Shown here one piece after another: positions 8,526 through 13,587 of a stretch of DNA of 13,587 bases (the first letter of the stretch is position 1; every line of letters begins with the position of its first letter). The notes below the pieces were generated by a model that did no database searches, had not been told where the DNA came from, and saw only the letters and a list, made by a program, of their open reading frames with translations. Both the position numbers and the translations under genes were made by a program. This stretch comes from Methanobacterium sp. (GTDB lineage Archaea; Methanobacteriota; Methanobacteria; Methanobacteriales; Methanobacteriaceae). The DNA lies in the NCBI GenBank assembly GCA_003166335.1, contig PMWA01000030.1, positions 1-13,587 of the forward strand, in the 5' to 3' direction.

Positions 8526-8540
8526 TTTATAAAATTTCGG
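8526..8540 (-). promoter_or_regulatory. BRE + TATA box for the 75-aa membrane protein gene
   Basis: The minus strand reads CCGAAA (8540-8535) TTTTATAAA (8534-8526), a close match to archaeal BRE-TATA, about 40 nt upstream of ATG 8487. Confidence 0.65.
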
Positions 8541-8789
8541 AATAATGCATTTTATTAAAAGTTAAAGTATTTGCAGTTAAAATTAGATAATTAATAATAA
8601 TGTTCTTATTCAAATATGTATCGAACTTTCATGAAAAATAATTGTAAAAATTTTAAAAAACTTCAAGAATATGCTGTATTGGTTATATGTTTTAAAAGAT
8701 TTTCCATTATTATTTTTTTTATATTAATTTTTATCTTGTTGTTATTGGTGTTTTAGTGTAATTGAACGTGTGTGTTAATGTGTTTTTGT

Positions 8790-8807
8790 GAGAAAAAAGT
8801 TTATAAG
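8790..8807 (+). promoter_or_regulatory. BRE + TATA box with no downstream plus-strand ORF
   Basis: GAGAAAAAAG followed by TTTATAAG (8800-8807). The expected start site about 23-25 nt downstream falls at about 8830-8832. Confidence 0.5.
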
Positions 8808-8830
8808 ACTTGAAATTAAAATTAATATTT

Positions 8831-8891
8831 GGTGGAGTAGGTAAAACCCATCCATTAACTGGATTACCCTTTACTATTCCCCTACTCCACC
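8831..8891 (+). ncRNA. Candidate structured small non-coding RNA (strand inferred)
   Basis: Perfect 11-bp terminal stem GGTGGAGTAGG (8831-8841) / CCTACTCCACC (8881-8891), internal hairpin ATCCA (8850-8854) / TGGAT (8860-8864), a GC-rich island in AT-rich intergenic DNA, an upstream BRE-TATA and downstream T tracts (8895-8906). Confidence 0.5.
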
Positions 8892-9007
8892 GTATTTTTA
8901 TGTTTTGAGGTTCAGTAGAGTTTGAACTTCTTACCTCATAATTTAGAAAAAATTTTAACAATTCAACATTATTTTTAATTCCTTCAGATAAAATTAATTC
9001 CACATTT

Positions 9008-9640
9008 TCATTGAATCATATCTCGGTAATAGTCACACCATTCACTTATAGGGCATTCATCATGTAATGGACTCACAGGTCGGCAGATAGTCTGCCCGAA
9101 CTGCACTAATAAATCATTAAGTTCAATCCAATAATATTTAGGAACCACTTTCATCAATTCAATTTCAGTTTGCTCCGGATATTTAGTGTCAACCAATCCT
9201 AAACGATTACTTATACGATGCACATGCACATCCACGCATACTGCAGGTTTTTTAAACCCATAAACCATAACACAGTTAGCAGTTTTTCTACCCACACCCG
9301 GCAAGTTTAATAGTTCATCCACATCATCCGGCACCACACCATCATAATCATCTAAGAGTATTAGAGAAACCATTTTTATTCTTCGTGCTTTAACATGATA
9401 AAAACCAGCTCTATGTATAAGTAGTTCCAGATCCTCGACATCAGCCCCTGCAATCTCTTCTATAGTTTGATGTTTAGAGAAGAGAAGAGCAGAAGCCTGA
9501 TCAGTATTCTCATCTCGGGTTCTCTGGGATAATATGGTGCGTATTAAAACACGATAAGGATCATTACCCTCAAAAACCCTTAAACTATAACATCTCTCCA
9601 ATTCAGCCATAATTTTATTTATTTTCTTTGTTATATTCAT
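9008..9640 (-). CDS. nth: Endonuclease III (HhH-GPD DNA glycosylase/AP lyase)
   Basis: [15 protein letters not shown], HhH motif [15 protein letters not shown] with the catalytic Lys, [13 protein letters not shown] with the catalytic Asp, and a C-terminal Fe-S motif. ATG 9640 is preferred over TTG 9643 because of GAGG at 9650-9647. Confidence 0.95.
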   Translation of the reverse strand: MNITKKINKIMAELERCYSLRVFEGNDPYRVLIRTILSQRTRDENTDQASALLFSKHQTIEEIAGADVEDLELLIHRAGFYHVKARRIKMVSLILLDDYDGVVPDDVDELLNLPGVGRKTANCVMVYGFKKPAVCVDVHVHRISNRLGLVDTKYPEQTEIELMKVVPKYYWIELNDLLVQFGQTICRPVSPLHDECPISEWCDYYRDMIQ

Positions 9641-9649
9641 CAAATTCCT

Positions 9650-10123
9650 CTAGTTATATTCAACTAAATCTAAAAGCAGATTTAAACCCTCCATAATCCC
9701 ACGACCCTCCACTGCTACTGTGGGTATTATCGGAGCTTGGATTAAACCATCATGATCCAAATCCCCTGGGTTAACATCCTGTTTATTTGCAAATATAACA
9801 TAAGGAATATTATTAACGTTTAAACGAGTGATAATATTCTTATCAGTACTTGTTAAACCTTTAGAAGTGTCCACAACTACAATGGCTCCATCCAGATCAT
9901 GTGAGAGTATCTCACGCATGAATTTAAACCGTTCCTGACCCGGTGTTGCGAAAAGATGCACCTTCTCATTATTAATTATAATATTACCATAATCTAACGC
10001 GATAGTGGTGCCGTTATACTCAATTTTCAATTTTTTCTCGCATATATTCTCTAAAGTAGTGGTTTTACCAGAGTTATATGACCCCAAGATTACAATCTTA
10101 GTTTCCTTACTCTTAAATTTCAT
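9650..10123 (-). CDS. Small Ras-like GTPase (MglA/CvnD-like, COG2229-type)
   Basis: G1 [10 protein letters not shown]2 region TTIALDYG, G3 variant [10 protein letters not shown], and G4 ANKQD. SD GGGGA overlaps the aroA stop. Confidence 0.88.
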   Translation of the reverse strand: MKFKSKETKIVILGSYNSGKTTTLENICEKKLKIEYNGTTIALDYGNIIINNEKVHLFATPGQERFKFMREILSHDLDGAIVVVDTSKGLTSTDKNIITRLNVNNIPYVIFANKQDVNPGDLDHDGLIQAPIIPTVAVEGRGIMEGLNLLLDLVEYN

Positions 10124-10134
10124 AATTTTATCCC

Positions 10135-11400
10135 CTAATCTCTGTAGACTAGTTTATCCATTATTTGGGGGAAGTTGGGAAAGGATACATCATATACTCC
10201 AGCATTTTTAATTCTAACCTTACCCACCTTCAAACCAATTAAATATAAGGCCATAACTAATCGATGATCATTATGAGAGTCAACCACTCCCCCATGAACT
10301 CCGCCTTGAATTATAAGACCATCTTCTTCCTCCTTCACGATTGCACCAAGCTTAGCCAGTTCAATTGCTGAGGTATTTATGCGGTCGGTTTCCTTATATC
10401 GTGCATGTTCCACTCCGCGGATCCGGGTGGTTCCACTTGCCACAGCACCGAGAGCAGCTACAGTGGGTAGAAGATCTGGAGTGTTTTTTAATTCAACATC
10501 AATTCCTTGAAGTTTTCCCGTGCTCATTAATTTAACTTCATCCTTTTTTACCTGTACATTACAACCCATCTCTTGTACAATATCCAATATAATTTGGTCA
10601 CCCTGTTTTGACTTGGAATCTAAGTTCTTCACGGTTAAATCTGAATTTAAAGCAGCCCCTGCTGCTATTAAATAAGAGGCTGATGAATAATCCCCTTCAA
10701 CAGTATATTCAATTGCATTATATTTTTGAGGCGTTACATGGAAAGATTTATCTACACTTTGATACTCTACATTTACACCAAATTTACGCATAATATCCAA
10801 AGTCATATCCACGTAAGGTTTAGAGATGAAATCTCCATTAACTTTAAGACTCACCGGATTTTCAGCGTAAGGAGCAGAAAGTAAGATAGATGAAATATAT
10901 TGTGAACTAACATCACCTTTTATAACAGATTCACCGCCAATTAATCCTCCCTTAATGATGATAGGAGCTTTACCATTATTTCTAGTTGAGTAAACTTTTA
11001 CACCTAGTTTCCGGAGTGCCTGGATAAGATCCTGCATCGGTCGTTCTCTTAAAGAATTATCACCAGTTAATACCGTATAATTGGCTGCTAAACTAGCAGC
11101 ACTGGTAATGATTCTCAAGGTGGTGCCTGAATTTTTAACGTTTAATACATCATCAGGTGTATTGAAATCTCCACCAGTACCTATAACATTACATTCCTCA
11201 TTTTTTACTTCAATATTTGAGCCGAAGGCCCGGCAACATTCAAGAGACGCCAAGGTATCCTCTGAATATAATGGATACTTCAACTGTGAGGTGCCTTCCG
11301 CTAATGATGAGATGATGAAAGCCCGATGTGAATAACTTTTTGAGGGTGGCGCATTAACCACTCCCCGTATATTATCAGCTCGTTGAACTTCCAATTCCAT
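10135..11400 (-). CDS. aroA: 3-phosphoshikimate 1-carboxyvinyltransferase (EPSP synthase)
   Basis: [53 protein letters not shown] and SFPNF motifs. Confidence 0.98.
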   Translation of the reverse strand: MELEVQRADNIRGVVNAPPSKSYSHRAFIISSLAEGTSQLKYPLYSEDTLASLECCRAFGSNIEVKNEECNVIGTGGDFNTPDDVLNVKNSGTTLRIITSAASLAANYTVLTGDNSLRERPMQDLIQALRKLGVKVYSTRNNGKAPIIIKGGLIGGESVIKGDVSSQYISSILLSAPYAENPVSLKVNGDFISKPYVDMTLDIMRKFGVNVEYQSVDKSFHVTPQKYNAIEYTVEGDYSSASYLIAAGAALNSDLTVKNLDSKSKQGDQIILDIVQEMGCNVQVKKDEVKLMSTGKLQGIDVELKNTPDLLPTVAALGAVASGTTRIRGVEHARYKETDRINTSAIELAKLGAIVKEEEDGLIIQGGVHGGVVDSHNDHRLVMALYLIGLKVGKVRIKNAGVYDVSFPNFPQIMDKLVYRD

Positions 11401-11416
11401 TTTTCTTAAATCCTGT

Positions 11417-13587
11417 TTAAGTTATTATTTCTATTACCACATCAGTGTCGTCGGAGTGTAATATATCCACTTTCTCCCCAGTACTGCTTATAATCTCTTT
11501 TCTAGTTTTAATATATTCATTGGTGAGTTTTAAATCACCAATTAAAATCTCTTCATCCTTATTCAATGTATCAACTATTATTTGCGGGTCATGGGATTCT
11601 AGATAATGTAAGATTTTAGGTGCATCTCCTCTAAAGTGTGGTCCAATCTTGTCTTTGCGGGGAATTATCTCCACTACTTTCTCCCTACTATTTGGTTTTC
11701 CCGTTTCCACCTGTAAATCCTTGATACGCATCGTTCCCTTAATATCATTATACAGTTGATTTAACTGATGGTGTAACACTTCACTTCTCGTATAAATAAT
11801 CACTTGTTTAAGCTGAGTATTTAAGGACATTCCAGAAGCTGATTTAAATCTTCTGATATCTCCTATTACCTTAACTCCTAATTCTCCACGTTCTTGAACA
11901 TCTTCACTAATAAGATTTTTTTCTTCCTTTGGCCAAATGGTTTTATGAATACTAACCTGTTCATCATCATTTAAATATTGATAAACTGCCTCGGTGAAAT
12001 GCGGAGTTAAAGGAGACAATAATTTTAAAGAAGTAACTATAACCATGTGGAGAGTGTATTTAACAGTTTCCTGGGCAGATGCATCTGAATCATTATATAA
12101 TCTATATTTAACAGCCTCTATATATTCATCACAAAAATCATGCCATATGAAAGATTGAATTTTAACCCGTGCATCAGCAAAATTATAAGTCTCCATAGCC
12201 CATGTTACATCCCTAACTAAATGATTCAGTTTAGATAAAATCCACTTATCCAATGGGTTTAAATCATTTAGAATATCATATTCACTTCTACTCATATGAT
12301 AATCAGTTATATGAATATTTATGAATCTGAAGGCATTCCAATACTTCCTTAAAAACTTATAACCATGTTTCACATCCTTCCAGACGAAGGGAACATCTGA
12401 TCCCGGTACACTATTTGCAGCCCACAATCGAAGAGCATCAGCACCATACATAGCTATTACTTCCTCGGGTGCTATAACGTTACCACGGGATTTACTCATT
12501 TTATGTCCATCATCACCGAAAACCATACCATTAACCACTACCTCCTGGAAAGGCTTCAATCCAGTGAGAACCTTACACCTTAAAATAGTGTAAAAAGCCC
12601 AAGTTCTAATAATATCATGACCCTGTTGCCTTAAATTAGATGGATAACGATCTAAATAATCCTCATCAGGCCAACCAGCAATAATCATTGGAGTAATAGA
12701 ACTATCCATCCAAGTATCTAAAACATCAACTTCACCAATAAAATCATTGCAACCACAATTACACGCATCCTTAGGTTGATCCTGACTAGGATCCACTGGA
12801 AGATCGGTAACTTCCGGAATATGGATTTCTCCACATTCCTGGCAGTACCATACTGGTATAGGTGTTGCGAAGATTCTCTGCCGAGATATACACCAATCCC
12901 AATCCATAGAATCCGTCCAGTTATCTAGACGTGTTTTCATATGATCCGGTTTCCAATCCATCTCATTAGCAGTATCCTTAATCAAACCCGTTAACTGATT
13001 AACCGCCACAAACCACTGTTTTTTAACTAATATTTCAATTGGTGTTTTACATCTCCAACATAAACCCACATTCTGCCCAATCTCCTCCTGTTTAATAAGG
13101 AGTTCCTTGGTTTTAAGGTCCGCTATAATCTTCTCCTTACATTCCGCGATGTTGCAGCCAGCATATTCACCAGCTACTTCTTTCATGGTTCCTTTTTCAT
13201 CTATAGCTTCAATTATATCTAATTCATAACGTTTAACCCATGATACATCGGTTTTATCTCCGAAGGTACAGATCATGACTGCCCCAGTACCAAATTCCGG
13301 GTCAACATCCTCATCTGTAATTAACTTCACTTTACGATTATATAAAGGAACTTCCAGATATTTCCCTGCCATACCTTGGTATCGTTCATCATCAGGATGC
13401 ACTGTAACCGCCACACAAGCAGATAACAATTCAGGCCTGGTGGTGGCTATGGATACTTTTCCAGTACCATCCACTTCCGGAAATTCCAGATAATTCAGAT
13501 AAGTTTCATTTTCATGATACTCCACCTCAGCAAAAGCAATTGCAGTTTCACAACGAGGACACCAGTTCACAGGATGAACCGCTTGCC
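11417..13587 (-). CDS. valS: Valyl-tRNA synthetase, archaeal type (5' end outside the window)
   Basis: [63 protein letters not shown] and KMSKS. The frame is open to the window edge (..QAVHPVNW), so the ORF-track start at 13570 is internal. Confidence 0.98.
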   Translation of the reverse strand, partial: QAVHPVNWCPRCETAIAFAEVEYHENETYLNYLEFPEVDGTGKVSIATTRPELLSACVAVTVHPDDERYQGMAGKYLEVPLYNRKVKLITDEDVDPEFGTGAVMICTFGDKTDVSWVKRYELDIIEAIDEKGTMKEVAGEYAGCNIAECKEKIIADLKTKELLIKQEEIGQNVGLCWRCKTPIEILVKKQWFVAVNQLTGLIKDTANEMDWKPDHMKTRLDNWTDSMDWDWCISRQRIFATPIPVWYCQECGEIHIPEVTDLPVDPSQDQPKDACNCGCNDFIGEVDVLDTWMDSSITPMIIAGWPDEDYLDRYPSNLRQQGHDIIRTWAFYTILRCKVLTGLKPFQEVVVNGMVFGDDGHKMSKSRGNVIAPEEVIAMYGADALRLWAANSVPGSDVPFVWKDVKHGYKFLRKYWNAFRFINIHITDYHMSRSEYDILNDLNPLDKWILSKLNHLVRDVTWAMETYNFADARVKIQSFIWHDFCDEYIEAVKYRLYNDSDASAQETVKYTLHMVIVTSLKLLSPLTPHFTEAVYQYLNDDEQVSIHKTIWPKEEKNLISEDVQERGELGVKVIGDIRRFKSASGMSLNTQLKQVIIYTRSEVLHHQLNQLYNDIKGTMRIKDLQVETGKPNSREKVVEIIPRKDKIGPHFRGDAPKILHYLESHDPQIIVDTLNKDEEILIGDLKLTNEYIKTRKEIISSTGEKVDILHSDDTDVVIEIIT

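Noticed and set aside
8831..8892. tRNA-like appearance (GGTGGAG-TAG ... CTCCACC-G acceptor-like stem)
   Set aside because: Only about 62 nt, with no TTC T-loop and no D-arm or anticodon cloverleaf.
8731..9003. 90-aa minus-strand ORF directly after nth
   Set aside because: GTG start without an SD, no recognisable motif, and it crosses AT/GT-biased low-complexity DNA. Its GC-rich core is better explained by the inverted-repeat structures. It is not strictly excluded because it begins 4 nt after the nth stop.
10005..13493. Four short plus-strand ORFs (10005-10211, 10608-10793, 11081-11335, 13275-13493)
   Set aside because: All lie antisense to well-supported genes (GTPase, aroA, valS) and have no independent coding signals.

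Overview
AT-rich archaeal chromosomal segment. Gene content (pseudomurein-binding repeats, COG1107 RecJ-like nuclease, archaeal ValRS and AroA, BRE-TATA promoters) points to Methanobacteriales, probably Methanobacterium-like. In order it contains a tandem PRC-barrel protein (+), a TVGYG K+ channel (-), a secreted class I glutamine amidotransferase-like (BPL_N) protein with pseudomurein-binding repeats (-), rubrerythrin (+), a lipoprotein (+), a DnaJ-Zn-finger/S1/OB/DHH RecJ-like nuclease (+), a small variable patch (7600-9000), and a tightly packed minus-strand operon valS(5'-truncated)-aroA-small GTPase-nth. Signals the ORF track misses: (i) a GC-rich ~61-nt structured element at 8831-8891 placed one promoter-length downstream of a BRE/TATA box, a candidate small RNA; (ii) a PIN-domain nuclease gene broken by an apparent single-base insertion in a catalytic Asp codon; (iii) a probable non-canonical ATT start or A8 slippage at the 5' end of the cell-wall-binding Cys-His-Glu enzyme, a candidate new pseudomurein peptidase; (iv) a Cys-to-His variant Fe-S motif in Nth. 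No CRISPR array, tRNA, rRNA or transposase is visible. All family assignments come from motif recognition, not database searches.
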